Source: Betaproteobacteria bacterium (GTDB taxonomy: Bacteria; Pseudomonadota; Gammaproteobacteria; Burkholderiales; SG8-41). From it: a stretch of 64,000 bases of DNA. Positions within the stretch are counted from its first letter, which is position 1, and the number at the start of each line of letters is the position of its first letter. A program made the position numbers and the translations under genes. Of the stretch, positions 27,000 through 36,906 are shown one piece after another. The DNA lies in the NCBI GenBank assembly GCA_021730905.1, contig JAKFYK010000018.1, forward strand, positions 48,481-112,480, given 5' to 3'. The notes beneath the pieces are model-generated. The model had not been told where the DNA came from and made no database searches. It saw nothing but the letters and a program-made list of their open reading frames with translations.

Positions 27000-28430
27000 A
27001 TGTCCGCTGCCCAGTCCCTCGATAAAGCATTGTTCTGGTTCCGCCGCGATTTGCGTGTCGCGGACAATGCCGGGCTGTATCACGCCCTGAAATCCGCGGC
27101 GGGCGTGTATTGTGTTTTTGTATTTGATCGCGACATCCTCAACGCGTTGCCGGGCAAATCGGATCGACGCGTCGAGTTCATCCACGGCAGCGTTCTCGAA
27201 TTGCAAAAATCACTGCGCGCCACGGGCGGTGATCTGATCGTGCATCACGGGCGCGCGCGGGAAGTGATTCCAAATCTTGCAACAGCCCTGAGAGTCGCTG
27301 CCGTGTTCAGCAACGAAGACTACGAGCCTGCCGCCATCGAACGCGACCGTGCCGTTGAAAGCTCACTTAAGAAAACCGGCATTGCTTTTCACGCCTTCAA
27401 GGATCAGGCCCTTTTCGCGAAGGACGAAGTGCTGACACAGGCCGGCACGCCGTTCACCGTGTTCACTCCCTACAAAAATGCGTGCCTGAAAAGGCTTGAC
27501 GCGTTTTGCCTGCAGCCCTACCCCACGGAAAAGTATTTTTCCCGATTGGCACGTTCCGGCAAAAAGGCACCCATGCCCGCTCTGGCTGAAATAGGTTTTA
27601 AAGCCACGAACCTGAAAGCACTCGGTATCAAACCCGGCGTCAATGGCGCACTTGAGGCACTGGACGATTTTCTGGAGCGCATCGACCGCTACCGCGAAGC
27701 GCGCGATTTTCCCGCCGTGCGCGGCGTATCGTATCTTTCGGTGCACAACCGCTTTGGCACGGTGTCGATACGCCGGCTGGCACGGCTCGCGCTGGAACGT
27801 CGTTCGGCGGGCGCCGATAGCTGGCTGAATGAATTGATCTGGCGCGATTTTTATTTTCAGATTCTGTATCACTTTCCGCACGTGACTGATTCAGCGTTCA
27901 AATCAAAATACGATAAATTATTTTTTAAAAACAACAGATTATTATTTTCGGCCTGGCGCGAGGCGTGTACCGGCTATCCGCTCATCGACGCCGCGATGCG
28001 GCAGATCACTCAAAGCGGGTTCATGCACAACCGGCTGCGCATGATCGTTGCGTCGTTTCTGACCAAGGACCTGCTGATCGACTGGCGCTGGGGCGAAAAG
28101 TACTTTGCCGATCACCTGAATGATTTTGATCTGGCGGCAAACAACGGCGGCTGGCAATGGGCGGCCTCCACCGGCTGCGATGCGCAACCGTACTTTCGCA
28201 TCTTCAACCCGGTATCGCAGTCACAGCGTTTCGATGCGCAGGGAAAGTTTATCCGCCGCTACCTGCCGGAACTGGCGAAGGTGCCTGATAAATTCATACA
28301 CGCACCGTGGACCATGCCGCCGCTGGAACAACAACTCGCCGGTTGCGTGATCGGCAGGGACTATCCGGCGCCCATCGTTGATCACGACGTTGCGCGGCAC
28401 GAGGCGCTGGCACTCTACAAATCCGTGTAA
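27000..28430 (+). CDS. phrB: Deoxyribodipyrimidine photolyase / cryptochrome family
   Basis: Motifs FWFRRDLRV, TGYPLIDAAMRQ, GFMHNRLRMIVASFL, NNGGWQWAASTG. Confidence 0.85.
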   Translation: MSAAQSLDKALFWFRRDLRVADNAGLYHALKSAAGVYCVFVFDRDILNALPGKSDRRVEFIHGSVLELQKSLRATGGDLIVHHGRAREVIPNLATALRVAAVFSNEDYEPAAIERDRAVESSLKKTGIAFHAFKDQALFAKDEVLTQAGTPFTVFTPYKNACLKRLDAFCLQPYPTEKYFSRLARSGKKAPMPALAEIGFKATNLKALGIKPGVNGALEALDDFLERIDRYREARDFPAVRGVSYLSVHNRFGTVSIRRLARLALERRSAGADSWLNELIWRDFYFQILYHFPHVTDSAFKSKYDKLFFKNNRLLFSAWREACTGYPLIDAAMRQITQSGFMHNRLRMIVASFLTKDLLIDWRWGEKYFADHLNDFDLAANNGGWQWAASTGCDAQPYFRIFNPVSQSQRFDAQGKFIRRYLPELAKVPDKFIHAPWTMPPLEQQLAGCVIGRDYPAPIVDHDVARHEALALYKSV

Positions 28431-28440
28431 CGGTCGCCGG

Positions 28441-29685
28441 CTACTTGCAAAGCGATGGCGGCTTGCGCACAAAACCCGGTTTACGTTCTGTCAGCGATTC
28501 CAGAAACGCCACCATATCGCTGATTTCAGGCTCACTCAGTTTCAAAGGCTGCAACACGGTATCCGTCGGCACGGCTTCGGCCATCACGTCGCCCGCATAA
28601 ATGTGCGCCAGGTGCAACATCGTCACGTCAATTTCAGAATAGTGTTTCACCACGTCGCGCAGCGTGGCGAAGTGGCCGTTGTGCATGTAGGGTGCGGTCA
28701 ACGCCACATTGCGCAGCCCCGGCGCTTTAAACTGCTCGAAGGTTTGCGGCACGAGATCGACAAAACGCGTAGACGTTCCCGTAGCTTTACGCTTGTCGTC
28801 ATTGTAGGCACCGAGCAGACTGAAGCGGCTGGCGCGCAGCATCTTGATGCCCTGATAGCGCCCCCAGTCGATGCCGCCGGATTTTTTGAAAATCGGAACA
28901 CCGATCTCGTGAAATTCGCCATTGGTAAACGACGGCCCGAAATGGCACAGGCTGCAATTGCCCTTGCCCATGAAGATACGCGCGCCGCGCCGCGCGCTGT
29001 CGGGATAACCTGCTGCCACCTTCCAGTCGTTGCGCATCACCGCGTCGCGAAAATCGTCGAATGGCGTGCGGCCCGTGACCAGCGTTTCCTGAAATGCGGC
29101 CAGCGCCTTCCCCACATCTATCATCAGCGCTTCGTCATCGGCTTTGGGTTCGTGGCCAAAGGATTTGCGATAGCGGCACGCAAGATCGGCGTCACTGCGC
29201 ACCAACCGCGCGACGTGGCGGTCGCTGGCGCCCATCTCCTTCGGATCAAGCATCGGCCGCGCGCTTTGCGACCACAGATTGTCGTTCGCGCCATCCCACC
29301 CGAACCAGCGGTGATAGCGCACATTCACCACGCTCGGCGTATTGCGATCTACTTCACCGAGCGCCGTGCCGAGCTTGCGGCCATCGGACCAGTTTTTCTC
29401 GGGAATATGGCAGGTTGCGCACGACACCGTGCCCGTGCCGGAAAGCCGGGGATCGAAGAAAAGCTGCTCGCCGAACGCGACAGCCTCGGTCTTGCCCGAC
29501 ACGCGATTGCTGGCATCGCGTGTCCACGGCGCGGGCCACGGGCCGTGGCGCAGAATCAGGCGGATTTCCTCAGCATTCAGGCCAAGCGGATTGCCTTGCG
29601 CGACTACCATCAGCGGCAACCACACAGCCGCGATGGCAAAGACATGTCGTAATTTGAACTTGCGAATGGGCATAGGCACCGACAA
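28441..29685 (-). CDS. Di-heme cytochrome c peroxidase (CCP/MauG family)
   Basis: 414 aa with a signal peptide and two CxxCH motifs (CATCH, CSLCH). Confidence 0.85.
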   Translation of the reverse strand: MSVPMPIRKFKLRHVFAIAAVWLPLMVVAQGNPLGLNAEEIRLILRHGPWPAPWTRDASNRVSGKTEAVAFGEQLFFDPRLSGTGTVSCATCHIPEKNWSDGRKLGTALGEVDRNTPSVVNVRYHRWFGWDGANDNLWSQSARPMLDPKEMGASDRHVARLVRSDADLACRYRKSFGHEPKADDEALMIDVGKALAAFQETLVTGRTPFDDFRDAVMRNDWKVAAGYPDSARRGARIFMGKGNCSLCHFGPSFTNGEFHEIGVPIFKKSGGIDWGRYQGIKMLRASRFSLLGAYNDDKRKATGTSTRFVDLVPQTFEQFKAPGLRNVALTAPYMHNGHFATLRDVVKHYSEIDVTMLHLAHIYAGDVMAEAVPTDTVLQPLKLSEPEISDMVAFLESLTERKPGFVRKPPSLCK

Positions 29686-29741
29686 GAAACAGATTTGGAT
29701 TATCCCACCAAATCAGCGAAAATCTCTCCTCACTCGAGTGA

Positions 29742-30590
29742 TTGGCAGAACTCATGAGCAAAGAATATCTTCCGCAATTCATACCGCCTGCTGAGCGCAG
29801 CGGTGCCGCATTATGGTTTGCGTTTCACCAGGGCAGCGTGATGGTGCGCATGACGGACAATGGTCCTGCGCTGCTCACGTGCGCGCATCCCAGTGAACAC
29901 GGCCTGGAAATTTCACAGGAGCACTATCTCGGCACCTATGGCGGCGACCATTGCTACGCCGCCGAGCTCGCCGAGGAACAGATCGCGCCGAACGGCCATG
30001 CCCTGCTCGGCCTGCGCGATCTGCTGGGCCACCTTGACGACACGCTGGCGGGTGTGTCCGGGCGTGCTTTCCAGATTCTCGAATGGAACCGCAATCATCG
30101 TTATTGCGGACGCTGCGGCGGAGAAACCGTGCCGCGCGACAACGAGCGCGCGCGCACCTGCCCCTCGTGCAAGCGCACCAGCTATCCGCCAGTGGCGCCG
30201 GTGATCATGATACTCATCACGCATGGCCGCAAACTGCTGCTCGCGCGCAAAGTCGGCTGGGGCAACACGCGCTATTCCGCACTGGCAGGCTTTGTCGAAC
30301 CGGGTGAGACGCTGGAATCGACCGTCATTCGCGAAACGCGCGAGGAAGTGGGTGTCGAAATCAGGAACATCCGCTATTTCGGCAGCCAGCCATGGCCTTT
30401 CCCGAATAACCTGATGATCGCTTTCACTGCTGAATACGCCGGCGGTCCCGTCACACCCGACGGCGTCGAAATCGAGGAAGCGACATTCTTCGATGCCGAT
30501 GAACTGCCCAACCTGCCTCCGGGCATCAGCATTTCACGCCGCATGATCAACACCATCTCGGCGGAACTCCGAAAACTGCCCAAAACCTGA
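29742..30590 (+). CDS. nudC: NADH pyrophosphatase (Nudix, zinc-ribbon type)
   Basis: CGRCGG...CPSC zinc ribbon. Nudix box GFVEPGETLESTVIRETREEVGV. Confidence 0.8.
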   Translation: MAELMSKEYLPQFIPPAERSGAALWFAFHQGSVMVRMTDNGPALLTCAHPSEHGLEISQEHYLGTYGGDHCYAAELAEEQIAPNGHALLGLRDLLGHLDDTLAGVSGRAFQILEWNRNHRYCGRCGGETVPRDNERARTCPSCKRTSYPPVAPVIMILITHGRKLLLARKVGWGNTRYSALAGFVEPGETLESTVIRETREEVGVEIRNIRYFGSQPWPFPNNLMIAFTAEYAGGPVTPDGVEIEEATFFDADELPNLPPGISISRRMINTISAELRKLPKT

Positions 30591-31666
30591 TGAATTCCCT
30601 CCAGCAAACCAAGCAGCTCGGCCAGAGCATCTGGCTCGACAACCTGTCGCGCACGCTCATTCAAGAGGGCGGCCTGCAACGGTTGATCACCGAAGACGGC
30701 GTCAGTGGCGTCACCTCCAACCCGGCGATCTTTTTCAATGCCATCAGCAAAAGTCCTTACTACCGCGACGACGTGCAGCGGCTGAAAGCGGCGAAAACAC
30801 CTGCCGAACCGCTGTACGAAGCACTGGTCATTCCCGACATACAAGCGGCATGCGATTTGATGCGCCCCGAGTATGACCGCACCAACGGACGCGATGGTTA
30901 TGTCAGCCTCGAAGTCTCACCCGCGCTCGCCCACGACGCGGCGGGCACAATTGCCGCAGGCCTGCGCCTCAAAGCGGCTGTGCAGCGCAAGAATCTGCTG
31001 ATCAAAGTACCAGCAACGCCGGCAGGACTCAAAGCTATTGAAGAACTGATCGCGCAGGGCTGCTCGGTCAACGTTACGCTGATGTTCTCGCTCGCGCATG
31101 TGGACGCGGTTGCACAGGCATATATACGCGGCCTGCAGCGGCTGGTGAATAGCGGCGGCGATCCACACCCAGTGAAATCCGTCGCAAGTCTGTTTTTAAG
31201 CCGCGTCGACACGCTGATCGATAAACAGCTTGATAGCGTCGGCGGCGACGCGCTCAAGTTGCGCGGTAAAGCGGGTATCGCATTGGCAAAACTGGCCTAT
31301 CGCGAGTATCAAAAAACCTTCAAGTCCGAAGCCTTCGCCAAGCTCGCCGCGAAAGGCGCGCAACCGCAATTCATGCTGTGGGCCAGCACCGGCACCAAAA
31401 ATCCAGCTTACAACGATGTGATGTATGTCGAATCACTGATCGGCGCGGAAACCATCAACACCGTGCCTGACGCAACGCTTGCCGCATTTCGCGATCACGG
31501 CAAAGCCACGGCAAGTCTGGAAAACGGCATGAATGACGCGCAATCGCACTTCGATGCATTAGCCAAAATCGGCATCGACATGCACGAAGCCGGAGAAACC
31601 CTGCAAGTCGAAGGCGTAAAACTGTTTGAGCAGGCGTTTGATCAGTTGTTGAGGTTATTGGGATAG
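30590..31666 (+). CDS. tal: Transaldolase
   Basis: 358 aa. Motifs GQSIWLDNLSR, VTSNPAIF, LIKVPAT. Confidence 0.85.
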   Translation: MNSLQQTKQLGQSIWLDNLSRTLIQEGGLQRLITEDGVSGVTSNPAIFFNAISKSPYYRDDVQRLKAAKTPAEPLYEALVIPDIQAACDLMRPEYDRTNGRDGYVSLEVSPALAHDAAGTIAAGLRLKAAVQRKNLLIKVPATPAGLKAIEELIAQGCSVNVTLMFSLAHVDAVAQAYIRGLQRLVNSGGDPHPVKSVASLFLSRVDTLIDKQLDSVGGDALKLRGKAGIALAKLAYREYQKTFKSEAFAKLAAKGAQPQFMLWASTGTKNPAYNDVMYVESLIGAETINTVPDATLAAFRDHGKATASLENGMNDAQSHFDALAKIGIDMHEAGETLQVEGVKLFEQAFDQLLRLLG

Positions 31667-31750
31667 CACGCGAGCTACGACAGCGGATCGCAAGCCATCC
31701 CCCTGAGAGCCGCCGAGCAACACAGACGTGCCGGGGGAAGTCGGCGAGGA

Positions 31751-31784
31751 CTGTTTGAGTGCTCGCGCTGTTTGAGTGCTCGCG
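31751..31784. repeat. Perfect 17-bp tandem duplication (CTGTTTGAGTGCTCGCG x2)
   Basis: Read directly. Followed by the GCTCGC...GCGAGC inverted repeat. Confidence 0.85.
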
Positions 31785-31875
31785 CCGTTTGCGAGCGCGA
31801 GTTCCGCAGCCGCCCGGCACGTCGAGTAGCGCAGGGAAGCCCGAAGGGCCGGCGAACCGGGGGCCGCCTTCTTTG

Positions 31876-31909
31876 GGTTACCTTTCTTGGCGGAGCAAGA
31901 AAGGTAACC
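31876..31909. repeat. REP-like perfect 14-bp stem hairpin (GGTTACCTTTCTTG-gcggag-CAAGAAAGGTAACC)
   Basis: Read directly. Embedded in GC-rich non-coding DNA. From memory it resembles a widespread proteobacterial intergenic repeat class. Confidence 0.7.
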
Positions 31910-31994
31910 AGCCGCCGGGCTGCCCCCAGCGAAGTTGAAGTGCCAGCCGCGCCGCAAAGTTAAAACTATTCCTTGCAATGGGTTTGCGCTCGAC

Positions 31995-32363
31995 CTATTG
32001 GGGCTTAGGGTCGATTTGGTTACTCCGTCCTGAACTATTTTGCGTTAAGAGAGACACCATTAGCGATAACGTGATGGCTAAACTGCTTACAGACAGAATC
32101 GCCATGTACCCTAAATATTGATGCGTAGTCTCTCGTTGGTAAAGTAGACTCCGAATACGTGTCTGTTGACTGAAGACTATGCTTCGGGCCTCCCCATCAC
32201 TCAAATTTTCCAGCTGTCGATGCACCGATTCGTCGCTTGCGCGAGGAAGTGAATTCCGAAGGTCATCTCTCTCTCCCACCCAGAAAAGAATCAACCCAAA
32301 AGACAATAGGCACTGCAAGGCTAGACAGAGAACCCAAAGACCTATGTTTCGCTTTCTCGCCAT
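31995..32363 (-). CDS. Orphan small membrane protein (two hydrophobic segments) in a low-GC patch
   Basis: 122-aa ORF. AAAGG lies upstream of the ATG. GC is clearly below the surroundings by eye. I recognise no family. Confidence 0.4.
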   Translation of the reverse strand: MARKRNIGLWVLCLALQCLLSFGLILFWVGERDDLRNSLPRASDESVHRQLENLSDGEARSIVFSQQTRIRSLLYQRETTHQYLGYMAILSVSSLAITLSLMVSLLTQNSSGRSNQIDPKPQ

Positions 32364-32412
32364 ACGTTACCTTTGGGACAACGCGGAAATAGAGCTAAAC
32401 ACAAAAACAATG

Positions 32413-32427
32413 TAACTATTTGTTTTT
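32413..32427 (-). repeat. Dispersed 15-mer, 14/15 variant (plus strand reads TAACTATTTGTTTTT)
   Basis: Read directly. Overlaps the dnaQ stop codon. An inverted AAAAACAA half-site lies at 32403-32410. Confidence 0.8.
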
Positions 32428-33118
32428 AAATAATTTTCCATAAACACCTCCCCCCACTAACCTTATCAATCTCCGCCACCTGCAACTCATGCGCGGCCAG
32501 TTCCTCCGCACTTGCGCGCAACACAATGATTTCCACCTTCTCGCGCGCACTTATTTCAACCTGCGTTGCGGCAGCAGGTGCGGCATCAATCAGCAGACTA
32601 TCCTGCCCGCGCGTCATCGTCAGATAAACCTCGGCCAATAACTGCGCATCCAGCAACGCGCCGTGCAGCGTGCGGCCTGCATTATCGATCTGGTAACGCT
32701 CGCACAACGCATCGAGACTGTTGCGTTTGCCCGGATGCAGTGCGCGCGCCTGCTTTAAGGTATCCACAACGCTGGGACAAACCTCCGTCACCGGTTTCAT
32801 GTCCAGCAAACGTAATTCGTGATTCAGAAACGCAATATCGAACGGCGCGTTGTGGATCACCAGTTCTGCACCGGCAACGTAGTCCAGAAATTCCTGCGCG
32901 ATCTCGCGAAACTTCGGTTTGTCGGCAAGAAATTCACTGGTGATGCCGTGAACCTGCAGTGCGCCTTCTTCGCTCTCGCGTTCGGGATTGACATAACGAT
33001 GAAAATGTTTTCCGGTCGGCTGTCGATTCAGAATTTCCACACCGCCGATTTCGATGATGCGATTGCCCTGCGCCGGGTCGAGGCCGGTGGTTTCCGTGTC
33101 GAGAATGATTTGCCGCAT
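32426..33118 (-). CDS. dnaQ: DNA polymerase III epsilon subunit (3'-5' exonuclease)
   Basis: Start at MRQIILDTETTGL (Exo I motif). Also contains HNAPFD and HGALLDA. Confidence 0.9.
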   Translation of the reverse strand: MRQIILDTETTGLDPAQGNRIIEIGGVEILNRQPTGKHFHRYVNPERESEEGALQVHGITSEFLADKPKFREIAQEFLDYVAGAELVIHNAPFDIAFLNHELRLLDMKPVTEVCPSVVDTLKQARALHPGKRNSLDALCERYQIDNAGRTLHGALLDAQLLAEVYLTMTRGQDSLLIDAAPAAATQVEISAREKVEIIVLRASAEELAAHELQVAEIDKVSGGRCLWKII

Positions 33119-33204
33119 ATTTTTGGTTGGGAGCTGAGAATTTGGAATTGAGAGTTCGGAGTAACCACCGCAGTACTTTTGCTCCAAACTCTCAACTCTG
33201 AACT

Positions 33205-33645
33205 CTAGGCTGCGGTTACCGACTCTACTCCGCGATTGGCCAGTTCATCGGCGCGTTCGTTACCGTTGTGCCCGGCGTGACCCTTCACCCACAACCACTC
33301 GATATCGTGCTTTTGCGCAAGTTCGTCCAGTGCTTTCCACAGATCGTCATTCTTCACGGGCTTTTTGCCGGCGGTGCGCCAGCCGCGCTTTTTCCAGTCA
33401 TGTATCCACTCGGTGATGCCCTGCTGCACATATTTGGAATCGGTGTGTAATTGCACGGCACAGCGGCGCTTCAAGGCTTCGAGCGCGCGAATCACCGCAA
33501 GCAGTTCCATGCGGTTGTTGGTGGTATGCGCCTCCCCGCCGAACAGTTCTTTTTCCTTGCCGCCCATTTCCAGCAATACGCCCCAGCCGCCGACGCCGGG
33601 GTTGCCCTTGCACGCGCCGTCGGTGTAGATTTTTACGATGCTCAT
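33205..33645 (-). CDS. rnhA: Ribonuclease HI
   Basis: Start at [22 protein letters not shown], with an ATGA overlap with the upstream gene. Motifs TNNRMEL and [14 protein letters not shown]. Confidence 0.9.
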   Translation of the reverse strand: MSIVKIYTDGACKGNPGVGGWGVLLEMGGKEKELFGGEAHTTNNRMELLAVIRALEALKRRCAVQLHTDSKYVQQGITEWIHDWKKRGWRTAGKKPVKNDDLWKALDELAQKHDIEWLWVKGHAGHNGNERADELANRGVESVTAA

Positions 33646-34433
33646 TGCGCTTCGTGCGGCCCGTGGCCGGCGTGCTGTCCGCGCGCGGCAAGTTGATCTT
33701 CCTGCTTTTGCGGCACCGCCGCCAGATTCTTGCCCGGTGCGCGCTGCTCCCAGCGTGGCGTGATGATACGCATGCCGCGCACGCGCTTGATCGCGTGCAG
33801 AAACGTCACCGCGCCGCTGAACGGCCACCAGCGGTCGCCTGCGGACTCCATAAAACTGAATCGGTCAAGCCACTTTTGACTGGTGCATGGCGGCACGTAA
33901 CACGCCATCGCACCGCCCGCCATCTCGAACCCGAGCAGCGCCAGCCAGTCCTTGATTCTTAGCAAGTGAATGAAGCGCCCGCGCCACGGATAACTGCCGC
34001 GCTGCGCGAACGAATGCCACACGCCCCACAGACTCATGGGGTTAAAGCAGGTCAGCACCAGATGCCCGTCGGGCACCAGCACGCGCTCGACCTCGCGCAG
34101 TATCTGGTGCGGATTGTCCGAAAACTCGAGCACATGCGGCAGCAGCACCAGATCGACGCTGGCGCTGACAATCGGCAATTCAGCGCCGTCCGCACGCAAA
34201 AGCGCGTTTGAACTGGCGCCTGCGCCACGATCCGCCGTTGCACGCAGCGGCATGCGGTTGGCACGCAACAAATCAATTTCCGGCAGGCCTATCTGCAGCG
34301 CGTTGTAACCGAAGATATCGGTCACGGTCTTATCTATATAAGTGCGCTCCCGCGCCAGCAGATATTGCCCAAGCGGGGTCTGCAGCCATGGGACAGCATC
34401 GGAGGCGCCGGATAAGGGAGTTTCGATTGACAC
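33642..34433 (-). CDS. Class I SAM-dependent methyltransferase (YafS-like by synteny)
   Basis: 263 aa. Lies between gloB and rnhA, as yafS does in the E. coli mltD-gloB-yafS-rnhA-dnaQ neighbourhood. Confidence 0.6.
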   Translation of the reverse strand: MSIETPLSGASDAVPWLQTPLGQYLLARERTYIDKTVTDIFGYNALQIGLPEIDLLRANRMPLRATADRGAGASSNALLRADGAELPIVSASVDLVLLPHVLEFSDNPHQILREVERVLVPDGHLVLTCFNPMSLWGVWHSFAQRGSYPWRGRFIHLLRIKDWLALLGFEMAGGAMACYVPPCTSQKWLDRFSFMESAGDRWWPFSGAVTFLHAIKRVRGMRIITPRWEQRAPGKNLAAVPQKQEDQLAARGQHAGHGPHEAQ

Positions 34434-34487
34434 GCGCCAAGTTTAAATCAAATAATTGGTTTACTGAAATCGCCCGAAGGAGTTCCC

Positions 34488-35270
34488 TTGAGCCAGGATC
34501 ACAGCAAATACGACGTGGTGCCGCTGCGCGCCTTCAGCGACAACTATATCTGGACCATACGCGACGCGCGCTGCGCCATCGTAGTCGATCCGGGTGATGC
34601 GAAGCCCGTGTTCGATTATCTCGCCGCTGAGAAACTCGAACTTGTTGCCGTGGTTATCACCCACCATCACGCCGACCATATCGGCGGCGTCGCACAACTT
34701 ATCAAGGGCCGCAACATACCCGTCTATGGCCCGCATGATCCGCGCGTGCCGGACGCCACGCAGCGGCTGGCCGAAGGCGAATCCATCACGCTGCCGCATT
34801 TCGGCATCCAGCTTACCGTGATGGAAGTTCCAGGTCATACCAGCAGTCACATCGCCTTTTACGGCGACGACATGCTGTTCTGCGGCGACACCCTGTTCGC
34901 CGCCGGCTGCGGCCGCCTGTTCGAAGGCACGCCGGCGCAGATGCACGATTCGCTCGGCAAGTTCATGCGCCTGCCGGATACCACGCGCGTCTACTGCGCT
35001 CACGAGTACACGCTCGCCAATATACGTTTCGCCAAAGCCGCCGACCCCGCCAACAGCACCTTGATGGATTGGGAGTCGCGCGCGAAAGCCATGCGCGAAG
35101 TGGATATGCCCACGGTTCCGTCCACCATCGGGCTGGAACGCGCCGCCAATCCTTTCGTTCGCTGCACCGAGGCAAGTGTTGTCGCCAGTGCCAGTCAGCG
35201 CGCCGGAAAACCGCTGACCGATCCGGTCAGCGTGCTCGCCGCGATACGCGAATGGAAGAATAAATTCTGA
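34488..35270 (+). CDS. gloB: Hydroxyacylglutathione hydrolase (glyoxalase II)
   Basis: 260 aa. ITHHHADH metallo-beta-lactamase motif. Confidence 0.9.
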   Translation: MSQDHSKYDVVPLRAFSDNYIWTIRDARCAIVVDPGDAKPVFDYLAAEKLELVAVVITHHHADHIGGVAQLIKGRNIPVYGPHDPRVPDATQRLAEGESITLPHFGIQLTVMEVPGHTSSHIAFYGDDMLFCGDTLFAAGCGRLFEGTPAQMHDSLGKFMRLPDTTRVYCAHEYTLANIRFAKAADPANSTLMDWESRAKAMREVDMPTVPSTIGLERAANPFVRCTEASVVASASQRAGKPLTDPVSVLAAIREWKNKF

Positions 35271-35331
35271 GAAACCCGTGAATTTTGCGGATTCATGACC
35301 GGAGTTCGTCTGGCGCCTCAATTTAATGTGG

Positions 35332-35360
35332 TAAGTATTTGTTTTATAAGTATTTTTTAA
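35332..35360 (-). repeat. Dispersed 15-mer, 14/15 variant plus an adjacent degenerate tandem copy
   Basis: Plus strand reads TAAGTATTTGTTTTA followed by TAAGTATTTTTTAA. Lies between gloB and mltD. Confidence 0.8.
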
Positions 35361-35451
35361 CTTGACGCCAGCCGCCGCAGCCGTTACCATGCGCGGGTTA
35401 ATCTGAACGGAGTGCCACGTGATGTTCGAACTTCCGTGCAGGACTGATTTG

Positions 35452-36906
35452 ATGTCGAAGTTGGCATTGCTGTCGTTCACCATCGCCGCGTTACTCAGCG
35501 CAGGTTGCGCCCACCTCCCGGGCTTTGGCAGTTCCGGCTCCACCAGCGCAGCGCAAGCCGATCCGTCAGCCGCCATGGATTGGCCGACGCCCGCGATTTC
35601 CAATACCACCGCTCCAACGCCGCCCGAGCCCACGCTGCTGCCGCGGGCCGAAATACCGGCGGACAAAAGCCCGGAAACATCGCGTGCGGCGCGGCGCGGA
35701 AACAGCACTTCGTCCAATGCTACAGATGCCGCTGAGCCGCCGCGCGATGTATGGCAGCGCATCCGGAACGGCTTTCAGATGTCGCATATGAACGGCAATC
35801 TGGTGAACGATTGGGAAACCTATTACGCCACCCGGCCCGAATACTTCGCGCGCATGATCGAAAACAGCCGGCCTTTCCTGTTTCACATCATCACCGAAGT
35901 CGAGCGGCGCGGCATGCCGGCTGAAATCGCCCTGCTGCCGATGATCGAATCGGCATATAACCCCGTGGCCTATTCCAGCGCGCACGCTTCCGGCATCTGG
36001 CAGTTCATACCCTCTACCGGCAAGAATTACGGGCTTAAGCAAAACGGCTGGTACGACGGCCGGCGCGACGTCATCGCCGCCACCAGCGCCGCGCTGGATT
36101 ACCTGCAAAACCTGTACGGCATGTTCAAGGATTGGGAACTGGCGCTCGCCTCCTATAACTGGGGCGAAGGCGCGGTGCAGCGCGCGGTGGACCGCAATCA
36201 GGCCAAGGGTTTATCGACCAGCTATCAAAGTTTGACCAACATGCCCGCCGAGACCCGCAATTACTTGCCCAAGCTGATCGCGGTGAAAAACATCATCGCC
36301 GATCCCGCGCGTTTCGGACTCACGCTCGCTCACATGTCCAACGAATCCTATATCGAAGCCATCACCGTCAAGCGCCACATCGACGTGGCGCTGGCGGCGA
36401 AATTCGCCGACATGACGCCGGATGAATTCAAGTTCCTGAACCCGGCGCACAACAAGCCGGTGATCAATGCTAACAGCGCCGAGACCATTGTATTGCCCAA
36501 GCACAAGGTTGCCATCTTCATGGCCAACCTCAACGAGCACGATGACAAGCCGCTGGCATCATGGAAAACCTACACCGTCAAGGCGGGTGAGCGTGCCGAG
36601 ACTATCGCAAAAAAACACAATATTTCCGTTGCTGAATTGAATTCTGCGAACAACCTCGGCGGCCGCCGGCACATTGTGACGGGCCAGACCATCCTGGTGC
36701 CCTCCAGTGGTGAACTGCAACCGGTGCTGGCCGAAGTGGCCGCGCCCGTGCAGGTGGCAGCGCGCGCTCCTGTGCGCAGGCCAGTAGCACGCACACCTGC
36801 GCGCAAGGCAGTGCCCGGAAACCGGGTCACCACAACGCGCGTGCCGCCGAAACCCGCCGCCAAGCCCGCCGTAGGCAAACCGCTCGCACAAACTGCCAGC
36901 CGTTAA
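35452..36906 (+). CDS. mltD: Membrane-bound lytic murein transglycosylase D-like lipoprotein (SLT plus LysM)
   Basis: Lipobox LLSAGC. SLT motif ESAYNPVAYSSAHASGIWQF. C-terminal LysM region (YTVKAGERAETIAKKHNISVAELNSANNL). Confidence 0.75.
   Translation: MSKLALLSFTIAALLSAGCAHLPGFGSSGSTSAAQADPSAAMDWPTPAISNTTAPTPPEPTLLPRAEIPADKSPETSRAARRGNSTSSNATDAAEPPRDVWQRIRNGFQMSHMNGNLVNDWETYYATRPEYFARMIENSRPFLFHIITEVERRGMPAEIALLPMIESAYNPVAYSSAHASGIWQFIPSTGKNYGLKQNGWYDGRRDVIAATSAALDYLQNLYGMFKDWELALASYNWGEGAVQRAVDRNQAKGLSTSYQSLTNMPAETRNYLPKLIAVKNIIADPARFGLTLAHMSNESYIEAITVKRHIDVALAAKFADMTPDEFKFLNPAHNKPVINANSAETIVLPKHKVAIFMANLNEHDDKPLASWKTYTVKAGERAETIAKKHNISVAELNSANNLGGRRHIVTGQTILVPSSGELQPVLAEVAAPVQVAARAPVRRPVARTPARKAVPGNRVTTTRVPPKPAAKPAVGKPLAQTASR

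Noticed and set aside
33148-33195. Inverted repeat TTGAGAGTTCGGAG ... CTCCAAACTCTCAA between rnhA and dnaQ.
   Set aside because: It has a 20-nt loop, one mismatch and no T-tract. It could be a weak attenuator or a REP, but I cannot support a call.
34461-35762. A 433-aa minus-strand ORF spanning gloB and the mltD start. There are many similar long antisense ORFs (e.g. 1803-2450, 5220-6032, 9171-10412, 12161-13042, 28378-29652, 38418-39626, 52314-53480, 55756-56826, 57084-57941, 58155-59015, 58987-59889, 62131-62916).
   Set aside because: These are shadow ORFs typical of GC-rich DNA. They lie opposite genes with clear family motifs, their translations are Arg/Ala/Gly/His-rich low-complexity sequence, and they have no recognisable domains.
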